NCBI GenBank assembly: GCA_009103225.1
Contig: RHPI01000193.1
Location: forward strand, 124,001-188,000
DNA length: 64,000 nucleotides
Reading direction: 5' to 3'
Origin: Chlorokybus atmophyticus
Lineage: Eukaryota; Plantae; Mesostigma and Chlorokybus algae
In this document: positions 1 through 11,900 of the stretch, one piece after another
Numbering within the stretch: the first letter of the stretch is position 1
Layout of the letters: the number at the start of each line of letters is the position of its first letter
The notes under the pieces: model-generated
Database searches by the model: none
What the model saw: only the letters and a program-made list of their open reading frames with translations
Told to the model about the DNA's origin: nothing
Made by a program: the position numbers and the translations under genes

Positions 1-1879
1 GACCACGCGAGTACCGCGCAAAACAAAAAGGTGCTGCAATGCAATAGCAACGCAAGGCAGATGAGGAATCGCAAAAGCGACAGGAAGAGCTACGAAACAG
101 AGAGGAAGAGCAAATGCGAATCGAGCATTCATCACAGCTGTCACATATTTATAACGCGCGACGGCGACGAAGCCTGCATGCTTAGACGCAGATAGCGTGC
201 AGAGCACAGATGCAGTTCGGCACAGATGCAAAGCGTGATGCATGAAGCTGCGCAGCTTTAGCAACGTGCGTCGCAGTTGCAAAGTGTAATAGATGCACGA
301 CAGCATTGGCACAATCTGATGCAGCGACAAAAACAGCGCATAGTTACCCAACAAGACAATGCACGTCGTAAAGTGCAATTGGAGCGTAGTCGCAAGCAGC
401 ACACAGATGCCAAACGTATGGCCCGCGCACAAATTACGCCCGGTACGCTGAACGCATGGCCGCGGGACGTGCTGATGAGACGCCAGGGAAGCGGCATGAA
501 TGTCTGTAGTCGATGGCATTTTGCACCACAGAGCAACGCGCAGACAAAACCCCGATCACGCATCAACAACGCTTAGATTTGGATGCGGTTGCTCATGCAG
601 CCGCGCGCAAACAGTAGACCTCAAAACGAGAGCCGCAGCAACAGAAGCAGATGCAATAATCCGATGAACATCGCGCTTTGATCTAGTTGTATCACGAAAT
701 TCAGCACGCCGTGCTGTATTTACGGAAGCAGACCTGCCGCCTGATGACCGCAGCAACTTGGGGGAGTGCATGACGTGTCCCAACTATCATGCTATCATCA
801 AATAAGCAAAATAGGTGAAGCAGGGCGGCGGCTTCTCAAGTTGGTGTTAGAAGGGGAAATTGGACCTGCTGTCGCATTTTCCTCCTAAACCACGATTTTC
901 AGACCTAACCCTTAATACATCACCTTTTTGTGGGTCAAGACTCTGCGGTTAAATCCTTCAAAGCGAACTCGCGGAGATTCAACAGCAATCAACCAATTGC
1001 AAGCCTATTCAACAAGGCAACTCGTAATATGCGACGTTCATCATGAAATAATTAGTGCCTATGTTATTTGCATAATTCGCATAACACACTTGTATATGTT
1101 GCTGGCATAAGAGACACGCCTGCTGGCGCGGGCAGTGTATCAGCCTTTATAGTGGAGGGGGCTTTCTACCCTCGCATGGGCCCGCTACGAGCGGATGCAG
1201 ATGCCGCAACTTGCGCAGCTGTATGTACCCAATCCAGATGATGTCGTCAACCGGCGCAGCTCACATCTTGGTTCAGCATGCTCTTGCAATGTATTGGATA
1301 AACTGCATTGTATGCTATAAAAGGAGAACAATTTCGTGTGTGAGTTTAGCAGCTGATGGACATACCTAGAAGGGGATGTCGCAAGTTACCGATTGATTAT
1401 TTGGACATACGGTGTACCTGACAAGCGGTATTGTGCGCCCACCGCCAATGAAGGGTTGGCAATGTTTATACTGGATAACCCTGATGAGCAGCAAAACCAA
1501 CACGAGCTAATTATTCGTCGATGGGTAATGAGCAGTGCATCACTGAACTATCATTGCCATAGTTGCAGTGTGCGATTTGATCTCATTATGATGCGTTTGT
1601 GATACGGGCTTTAGGGGGGGGAGCGATATAGCGTATCAGCAACCTCATTGGCGCATAAGATCCGCTGCACTTGTGCTATTCTACCCGTTCGGAGGAACGA
1701 GGTGGCATGACGACATCCCTTTGTGCTGTGGAGTTTGTTGTGAAGGCCGTCAACGGCGCACTGCACGTGAGGAGTTTACAAACAACGTTAATAAAGAAAA
1801 GCCCATGGCGCCAGCAGAGGAGCAAAGCGCAATACTGCTCGCGAGTACGCAACTTTCACAATAATGGTAAACCACACAC

Positions 1880-1887
<8 letters not shown>

Positions 1888-1956
<69 letters not shown>
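1888..1956. repeat. (TG)n microsatellite inside a Helitron intron
   Basis: Long pure TG run downstream of the GTAAAC donor at 1867. Confidence 0.95.
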
Positions 1957-1960
<4 letters not shown>

Positions 1961-4311
1961 CGTGTGTTTGCAATGGTATATTGTTTGGTTGTGCATATTT
2001 TATCGTTCTTATTCATGGTAGGATCGTGATTCCAGCGTATGGAATGGGCAATTCACGCGAGGGCGTCGATTATTCAAAGAGTACGTGGTCTCTGCATATG
2101 CAAAAGTGGAGGCGCAACGTTTTGCGTGGGTGCGAACCCATCGGAAGCAACTGAGCGCCGATCTGTACAAAGGAATATTATTCAACAATTGATCCAATAA
2201 ATGACGTCAGCACATTTCTCATGAGCAAAACTCATACCTTAAAATGTAATAGGTGTGCGTGATGCGTGGCCGCAGACGATGGTCTGCAAGGACATGGATT
2301 GGGACGATGGATTGTGTTGCCATTTACGTCCATTGTTACTCCGCGACACATAATACAATTGTATCAGGATGCCATGGCATTTGTGAGAAAGCTTGGAGTG
2401 CCAGATCTGTTCATCACGTTCGCATGCAACCCGGAGTGGACGAAGATACAAACAGCGTTGTCGATAGGGCAGACGGTCAACGATCGACTTGATATTGTGG
2501 CACGCGTATTTCACATACAGCTCATATAAATGCGAGATGACTTGGTGACACATAGGCGTCTGGGCAAAGTTGCAAGTATCATTTACACAATTAAGTGGCA
2601 GGAGAGTTGGTTGCCCAGTACATAGATCCTGGATTTAAACCCATGCATATATGTTATTGATAATGCAATACTTATTACGTGGTCACGTGCAGCCTGCGTT
2701 CTGAGGAGGCCGCCGCATGCACACATTCTTATCGTGTTGGCCGCAAGAGACAAACAAAAAACAACAAATGATTACGACAACATCGTGTGTGCGGAGCTGC
2801 CCGACAAAACAAATGAACCACAGGTGTATAACATGATTACCAGTCAAATGGTTTACGGTCCTTGCAGCGTGCGAAACCCCAAAAGCCCCTGCATGGACCA
2901 AGAGAAGAAGATTTGCACGAAGAAGTACCAAAAGCAGTTTCTATCAAGCCATCACGACAGACAGCATTAGATCATGTCCGGTGTACCCGCAACGTGAAGA
3001 CGGCCGCACCTTTATCAAGAGAGTGGGCGGGAACGAAGTTGTGCTAACGAACATCAACACAGTACCCTACGACAAATTTTTACGACGCTCAGATATAACG
3101 CCCACATCAACGTCGAGATTTGTTCTTCTATATCCTCCTTCAAGTGCCTGTACAAGTACGTTTACAAGGGACATGATCGCTATAGTAGATGTCGTACCCG
3201 CCGCGGATGCTGACAATGAGGTGCAGCCTCTCATTGACGAGATCAAGCGACATATGAACAACCGCTACTTGTCTTTGAGCGCGGCTTGGTGGCGCATATA
3301 CTGCTTTAAGATCCATCGTGAGCTTTTAAATATTTATTAATATTACTAATATTGTTAATATTAATGTTACGCGACTGGCCGTGCACTTGCCAGATGAACA
3401 GACTATGTGCTATAATGAGGACACGCCACTCGTGGACGTGGTTGAAGAGGTGCGCCGACCACACTCACAGAATGGTTTGAGCACAATTGGAAGGCTGAAG
3501 CTCAGTGGAGGACAGAGTTGGAACACGATCCTGCTGCTGGAAAGCCCATCGCACTGTCCATATTGTAACAAGACGTCCCATCCATTGCACGATGGTACAA
3601 GAAAGAATGGACCCTACGCAAGAGGAAGCGGCGGTTTCTTGCCATTTGACGCATGTAGTACATTTCTCCCAAAGACGGCAAGAAGTTTTACATACGTATG
3701 CTTCTACGTAATGTTTCATGAGCCACAAGTTTTGCGCGCTTGCGCACAATCTATGAAGGGACCGATGAGCGCGTACATGCTACGTTTCAAGAAGATTGCA
3801 TATCGCGAGGATTGCTGCAGGAGGACAACGTGTGGGAGCTAGCAATGGGCGAAGCTGCCGTCGTAAGCACAGATTGTAATAAGTCATTGACGCATAATAA
3901 TGGCCTGATAAGCGTGCTGTATCGCAGTTGAAAACAAGAAGGCACCTTCGTTTGATGATCGCGATTGTGTTGGTTTTGATAAAGGCATTAAATCCGCTTG
4001 CACTGTGGACCATTTTCTGGAGCACTTTACGGATGGTTTCTTATCGCCGAAGCGTACGCACGATATACATGCAGTTGCAAAATTGCAAAGAGTATAGGTG
4101 CACAAGTAGATTCAAAGCATAATCACTTGCTACATGTGCAGCTTGATCCCAAAGTCACGATAAACTAGCGCGACATTAATAATGCGCTGCACAATTTGAG
4201 ACACTTGCTGTGTCAGCATGGCAAAGGCTTTGAGGATTTTGAGTTGCCCCTACCTCGAGCTACGCCGACGGACTCTAACTCTCCATTAGTCAAAGAAGAG
4301 CTTAATGTTTG

Positions 4312-5490
4312 CACTACAAAGGTTGGGCCATTTTCAGACAGCTGAAACAGCGATGATAAGCATCTGCCAGGCAGGTTGCGCAATGTCTGCCTGTGACATT
4401 GTCTGAAGTGTCCGTTTTAGACAATTTAATGCTCAAACCAATTGGGTCTCACAATTCAATAGTCATACGATCAAATAATTGCAGATAGAAATGTGCATGT
4501 ACAACTTTTATTGGGCAGACATGCGCAGGTATGACATTAATAGTAATAAGCATTCTTCACACCTGTTTATTCTTTTTGTTCAAGTTGGGCACAGGCGCAT
4601 ATAATACACAATCGTGTAATCGTACTTAAGAAAAAATCTCATAAGCATGCTTGTCAACAAACTTTGCAACAATACACTACCAATCACAATGTATGTCTAA
4701 TCTTAAGCATAACTATGTGTTAGCACTGCACTAACCCTGCCTCGCCACCGCCATTGCCTGCAAATCACACAACCTTTAGACAAGCGTGCATTCAGCTTAT
4801 AATTAACAAATGCAAGGGCAAACACCGCCGTGACCAACCTACCTGTGAAGCACCCCATATAAGCACATATCCACATGCACACATGCACACGCACATGCGC
4901 ACGCACACCTAATTTGTCGGACCAAGCGAGATAATAAGGCGATAGTCCGCTCACCAACACGCCATACGCACACACACACTTGCACTTGCACTACTAGACT
5001 ATGTACACATGCATGCGCGCGCACACATGTTGTGTCATGGCCAACCACTGCGACAACAGGGAAGACCACCCGCCCACGCGCAAAGCTCGCACTCACAAAA
5101 GTGCGCACCCACCCGTCTACACGCACGCACGCGCTCACCTGCCCGCTGGCAACTGCCGCCGCTTGCTGGCAGGCAGCCTGCTGCGCCCGCTTGCCCTCCC
5201 GGAAGATCAAACTAGCCGTTGCCACCGCAGCGCTGGTGACGGCCGCGGCGCCGTGGCTGCCACCAGGCCCGCAGCTACGCCCGCCGCCGCCGCCGCCGCC
5301 GTTGCTGGCCGCCGTCGTAGCCTGCTTGGCCCGCGCAGTGCAACGGCTAAGGGGTTTGAAAGCGGCATACACCAGTGTAAGGCTTATGATTAAGCCTAAA
5401 AGAACAAGCACAAGATTCATAATGCAAACATGCATAATATACATAGTCGTCATGGAGTATGTCTTTGTTTAAAGAAATGAACACATGCAA

Positions 5491-5533
<43 letters not shown>

Positions 5534-6211
5534 AATTAACTGCTTCAATGATAATGTGTCCATAACATATATATATATATGGTTGTAAATGGTATACATA
5601 TACATATACATTAATTATGCTAGGATTATAGTATATGTTAATTCATATATCTGGTCATCTACCATTACGTAACTATATTTTAGGTATGTAAACTTATACA
5701 TAGTATGTACACATATATATGTATATATGTATATATATGCATATATGTTTATGTATGAATATACATTTACATGGCGCATGCATATATCAGTAGGGGGTCT
5801 CATTACCCCCTACATGCCTATATGATATAAGCATGTTAATGCGACACAAACTCGTTACAAGTAGCGATGTATGCACGTAAATGCACACAAAATTGTGCCC
5901 GAATGCATCCCGCACGGACTGACGCACAGCTGCTTTGGTTGTAAAATGGTTAAGCATCTACCTCACAGGTTATCGTCTACCATGTGCATATGAACGCATG
6001 TGTTGAAAAAGTTTTAAACATGGTCTCTGACCTGGTTGAGGAGGTTGTCTTCAATAAGTCAGATCTAATTTGTTTTTATCAGACCACAATTTGTTTGTTC
6101 ATCAGTCCACGCACCATTTAACAACTTCACTTGGGTGAGGAAAACCTTTAATGTTTAGGCGGTTAGCATCACTATGTCAAATTGTTTAAAAAGGGCTTAG
6201 ATTTTGTAGTG
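4312..6211. mobile_element. Non-autonomous CACTA (En/Spm) element inserted in the Helitron
   Basis: Termini CACTACAAA (4312) and TTTGTAGTG (ends 6211). 3-bp flanks TTG/TTA (one mismatch). Removing it restores the Helitron frame EELNVYDHDVMRQH. Confidence 0.85.
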
Positions 6212-8969
6212 TTACGATCATGATGTGATGAGGCAGCACGTGGAGGTTAATGTACCAAAACTGAATGCACAGCAGTGCAAAGCTTACGACATTGTCGTAT
6301 AAGCAATTGAAAGACCTTGACCGGATTTGGACGCAACTTCTTTCGTTGACGGTCTTGGAGGTGCTGGCAAGACATTCCTCTACAACACCTTGCTTGCATA
6401 TGTGCGAAGCAGACGACGTGATGCAATTGCTGTTGCGTCATCTGGCATTGCGGCATTGCTATTGGAAGGTAATCAAGGCGTATGATGTTATTGCTCTGAA
6501 CGCGACCCCACATATGCATTCAGCAAAATGAGTACAAGCAGGCTCACATAAGTTAAGGTTGTGCAGGTGGAAAAACAGCACTTGAGGTTCAACATCCCCA
6601 CCACTGGGCTGAGTGCAACATCGACTTGCAACATTTTCAGGGGCAGCTCCTTGGCGAAGCTAATGATCGCCGCGGAGCTAATTGGTTGGGACCATCATGA
6701 TGAAGCTTCAATGATGAACAAGCTCGCGCACGATGTGGAGCCGGATCAAGGTAATGAGGCTGCACGTAAACATGCGTGTGCAGACGCTGCAAGCTGCAAG
6801 AGAATCCGGAGCAGAGCAGCAAGAGTTTAGCGATTTTTTTGCAGCGCATCGATGACGATCATCATGATGAGCATGTGTTTTCTGACACAGGGGAGGAGAT
6901 GGTGCGTCAAGACGCCGACCTTAACTGAAAAGCTGGCAGTCTCGAAGGTTTAATCGAAGACATGTACGGTGAATTGCGTAATCAGCCGACACTGGAAGCT
7001 CTAGCCAAGTACGTTATCAACCGAGCAATCCACACGCCCAAAAATGTAATCATCGACGAGATCAACACGCCAATGATGGCACCTTTCAGCGATAGTACAT
7101 ACCGGTGGGCATACTAACATATCTGCAGCCGCATGTAAACATTATACATATATGTGAAACATGCCACTTACCCGCCACACTGCGCAGATGAGGAGAGGGT
7201 ATACCGCAGTGCTGATTCTGTGCCACCAGAGGAGCAAGTAAACCATTACCCCATTGAGTATCTCAACAGCATTATGGTGTCTGGCTTACCTCCACATGAA
7301 CTGCGTCTCAAGATAGGCAGCCCAATCATGTTGTTGCAAACTATGACTGATGAGCTGGCGAACGTCACGTGTCTCTGTTGCAAAGGCCTCGTGCAGCATG
7401 CGATCTATGCTGAAGTGGCTATGGGACCGGTCAGGCAGAAAAGTCTTCATCCCTCGACTAATGATCACGCCCCCAAATGTGGAGGGTATGCCGTTTACGC
7501 TGAGGTGTAGACAATGCCCGATACGCGCAGCTTTTGCCGTGACCATCAACAAGTCTCAAGGCCAGACCTTGCGCAAGGTAGAAGTTTACCTGCATGAGCA
7601 TGTTTTCACACACGGTCAGCTGTATGTCGCGCGTTGGTGGCAAAGCGCGAGTGCGCGTACTAGCGACAAGTAACGTGCAGCAAAAGAGAGGCGAGCCCGC
7701 AGTGGTGTACATTAAAAACGTTGTGTATACAGAAGTTTTGTCTTGCAATGCTTGAGTTGGATATGTGTATAGGTAACGCTAAAAAGGTGTATCTATTCTA
7801 ATGCACATTCGTGATACATGATGTACGCATGCTGACATCCAGTATTAATCTGTATTGTTGAAATGATATGTGAAACATTCATTCAAAGCAGCCAAATATA
7901 CAAATATAAAAAGCAGCCTTCACAGTAATAATCCTCGTATCGCATATTGTATCCTTGCATACGATAATGATATCATATATAATGACCCAAGAGTGCGCAA
8001 CAATTGCAAAGCATTGTTGTTATAGCTCTCGGCCACAGTGTGACGCACAATGCTGTCAGCTGCTCCAATGTCCGGATGCCGCCGACAAGTTGGAGACTTC
8101 GTCGGCGAACGCTGCATCGACTGCTATAGATACGGTCAGTACGGACAGGATAAGAGCGGCTAGTGCCGACCGTCGAGTATAACGACTGCAGTCTCGCCGG
8201 CCACTAGCAGCAGCGGCAGGCGCATTAGAGTTGGCTGATACCGGACACATTACTTCAATCGATCGTTTTGTGACAGATTGCAGATAGGACGATGTGTCGG
8301 TGTTACTTCGCTCTCACGTGATACTTATATGAGACGGTTTCGGAAACAGTCAGCATCATCTTTGACTTGTTTTAGACAAGAGCAAGGGCAAAAAGACAAA
8401 GAGGAGTAAATATGCAGTAGCAATAGGTTTGACTTGGGTTGTGTTTGGCATTAGGCTATGATGACAATGATGGCACTGAAGGGGTTGGATCCATATAACT
8501 TAAGACGGTATTGGCAGCAGTCCAGAGTTGTATTGATAGGGCCTAGAACAGGCCAGGCCAGGCCACGCCAGGCCAGGGGCAAGCCTGGTGGGAGTCAAGC
8601 TGGTGCATGCTGGCTGAGACAAGCTCCCTCTAGTCATACATTCTTTGATTCTATTCAACCCATTCTGCCTTCAGGCACAGACAGTGACACAGACAGTCTC
8701 ACCATTCAACCATTAGCCCATTCTTCACTGCAATAGCAGCATTCCTTGTGAAAACAACACAGGGACAACATTCTTGCTGAAACCACAAGCCAAAACATAC
8801 GGACTCCTCTCATCAGAGCCACACAAGCACAGGTACGCTTGCATTCAGTCAGTTGGTTTTTCTTCACTTGCCACTTGAGTGCGACGAAACATACACATCA
8901 CACACAACTTCGATGTACCCCCAACCATCTTGACTACTGTACTCTCATCCCTGTTAGCAGACACACGAC

Positions 8970-11900
8970 ATGGCGGGAACACGCGTGTACTCCCGCTCGA
9001 CATCCGCGCTGCTGGCGCTGATGCTGTTGTTGCTGTCCATTAGCACCGCCTCAGCGCAGTTGATATCCGCATCAGGCCGTATCATCTGCGACGCGTGTCG
9101 GGACGGCGGGTTCTCCCCTCAAGTGTACCCACTGTTCAACGTGTCGATGAAGATCACCTGCACGGACAACAACGGGACCGTGCTCGTGCAGAGGTGGCCC
9201 AAAACCAACGCAGACGGCGTGTGGGTGGCTTCTCTCACCTCAATCCAATCGGCGCAGGCTGTCGGAAAAGTACTCGCCGGGTGTGACGTGCAAGTGTATA
9301 AGACCGCTGTTGGACAAATTTGCAACGGATACACTGGCGTCACGGCCTGCAGCAGAGACTACTTCCTGCCGCCGGTACGTGTTTGTGACACATGTGTAAA
9401 GCTGGATGAGTGCATGTCAGTGCATCTGTTCGTGTATGTGTGCGCGCGGGCGTGTGTCTCAGTCTCTGTTTGATGTGCATACATACAGACATGTCGAGCA
9501 GACAACATACGACAAGCTCACAGTGTCAACTGGTTGTACTGAGCAAGTCACTAAGCTGCTCTTCATTATACAAAGATCTGTTACCAATTAACCAACACAC
9601 AACTACTGTCCTAAGCGTACCTCTGCCAATCAGGTCTCTGCGGTGGAGTACCCAACATGGGTTGGTCCAGACCAGTGCTACACGCCTGCGGGGACCCTCC
9701 CGTCCATTTGCAACCAACCTCCCCCGCCACCCCCTTCCCCTCCCTCTCCACCTCCCTCTCCCCCACCTCCACCCCNNNNNNNNNNNNNNNNNNNNNNNNN
9801 NNNNNNNNNNNNNNNNNNNNNNNNNNNNNNNNNNNNNNNNNNNNNNNNNNNNNNNNNNNNNNNNNNNNNNNNNNNNNNNNNNNNNNNNNNNNNNNNNNNN
9901 NNNNNNNNNNNNNNNNNNNNNNNNNNNNNNNNNNNNNNNNNNNNNNNNNNNNNNNNNNNNNNNNNNNNNNNNNNNNNNNNNNNNNNNNNNNNNNNNNNNN
10001 NNNNNNNNNNNNNNNNNNNNNNNNNNNNNNNNNNNNNNNNNNNNNNNNNNNNNNNNNNNNNNNNNNNNNNNNNNNNNNNNNNNNNNNNNNNNNNNNNNNN
10101 NNNNNNNNNNNNNNNNNNNNNNNNNNNNNNNNNNNNNNNNNNNNNNNNNNNNNNNNNNNNNNNNNNNNNNNNNNNNNNNNNNNNNNNNNNNNNNNNNNNN
10201 NNNNNNNNNNNNNNNNNNNNNNNNNNNNNNNNNNNNNNNNNNNNNNNNNNNNNNNNNNNNNNNNNNNNNNNNNNNNNNNNNNNNNNNNNNNNNNNNNNNN
10301 NNNNNNNNNNNNNNNNNNNNNNNNNNNNNNNNNNNNNNNNNNNNNNNNNNNNNNNNNNNNNNNNNNNNNNNNNNNNNNNNNNNNNNNNNNNNNNNNNNNN
10401 NNNNNNNNNNNNNNNNNNNNNNNNNNNNNNNNNNNNNNNAAGGCCACCTCCCCCTCCCCCACCTCCTCCTCCCCCACCTAAGATGGCTCACGACCCCTCA
10501 CCTCTCCCAGACACCAACTTGTTCGACACATTAAAGCCAACCCACCCGAGGATTTTAGTTACCGATGACGGCGTGCGGAACGTGAGGACGGCGTGTACGT
10601 ACAGCGGGCCAACGTTGAGTTATATTCCAGGGTGGTGTAATGTGACCTACCAGCAGGCGTATGCGGCTGCGAGTCAGAAGATGGATGTGGGAATGTTGCT
10701 GAACTCGGCGAGGGCGTTCCAGGATAGAGTAGGGATCATGGCGGGAACATATCTGGTAAGGCTGTGATGCGTGTGCGTGTGCGTGTGGATGTGGGTTTGT
10801 GTGTGTGTGGGTGGATGGATGGATGGGTGGGTTTGTGTTTGTGTTTGCACTTGTGGGTGTACGTGCACATGTGCATGCATGCGTGTCCACGCAATGCGTA
10901 GTGTGTCCGTGTGCATTTGTATGACACTCAAACCCAACTCCATTTGCAGATCAACAACGACACATCCCTCGCTGCCACCGCGCGTTCGGACGCCTTATTG
11001 GTTGCGAGTTTAGACTTAGTAACCTGGATCGGCGACCGCAACCCCGATCCCGGTTACTTGAACACGGGTCCTTACTTGGCCGCATTGTCCTTCGCCTACG
11101 ACTGGATGTATGATTACCTATCAGAGGACGATAAGAACAGTATGTGGGACGCCGTGCTGAACAAGGCGTTCTTGCCTTCGCTCCAGACGGACTATTACTT
11201 TGCGAACAACTTGGATTATATCGCGCAGCTGGATAATAATATCGCCATCAATGGACTGTTTGGGTGGGTGCTGGCATCGCTAGCCTTTGCTGAACGCGAC
11301 CCTGTACTCTGCGAGAATGTAAGCTGTGTGTTGTATGTATCCGTGCGTGTGTGCATGCACATGTGTGTGTGTGCTTGATGAACATAAGCACCCATGCGCG
11401 CGCATGTGTGTATATGTTCATCACGCATGCGTGCACACATGTGCGCGTACGTGTGCATGTACAGCACACGTGCATGCGCTTGAGAGAGGGGGGATAGTGT
11501 GTGTATGTGGCTATGAGTGCACCATGCAATACACCAACTCCTCCCCCTCCCACACAGATCCTCCGTCGTGCTTTGATGGCCGTGTGGCGCACCACGCTGA
11601 TGTACAGTCCCACCGGCGGTTGGACCGAGGGCACGACGTACCTTTCGAACACCGGCATGAACATGGCGTTCGCGGTGTCGTCGCTCGAGAGCGCGCTTGG
11701 GACCGACCTCGGAGTGATAGATGACGGAAGAGCCATGTATGCGTCGGCGTATTATAGGATATATACCATATCACCGCAAGGAGACAACGCGCCCTATTCT
11801 GGTAGGTTGGCACACCCTGTTGCTAATGGCATACAGACTGGTTGTCGTGGACACCCAAGCACATGCATGCACGTATGCACATACGTACACATACACGCAC

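Larger units (their letters stand above)
258..7740 (+). mobile_element. Degenerate Helitron (Rep-PIF1 helicase), spliced, many stops/frameshifts
   Basis: Rep motifs: FAQLYV (~1210), GRRLFKEYVVSAYAKVE (~2060), YQDAMAFVRKLGVPDLFITFACNPEW (2266-2529), HUH motif PHAHILI (2713-2733), GPCSVRNPKSPCM. PIF1 motifs: Walker A GLGGAGKT (~6355), GLPPHELRLKIGSPIMLL, FAVTINKSQGQTL, HGQLYVA, terminal KNVVYTEV (~7715-7740). Termini not identified. Confidence 0.95.

Noticed and set aside
1671-2154. CVCV/HTHT/ERER-type ORFs here and at 14560-15019, 15490-15830 and 42123-42719
   Set aside because: Translations of microsatellites.
8100-8210. Possible Helitron 3' end (CTAG at ~8159 or ~8203)
   Set aside because: No convincing GC-rich hairpin at the expected spacing.
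9410-10534. Long ORFs in several frames across the N gap
   Set aside because: Artefacts of N translation; only the 9643 frame fits the gene.
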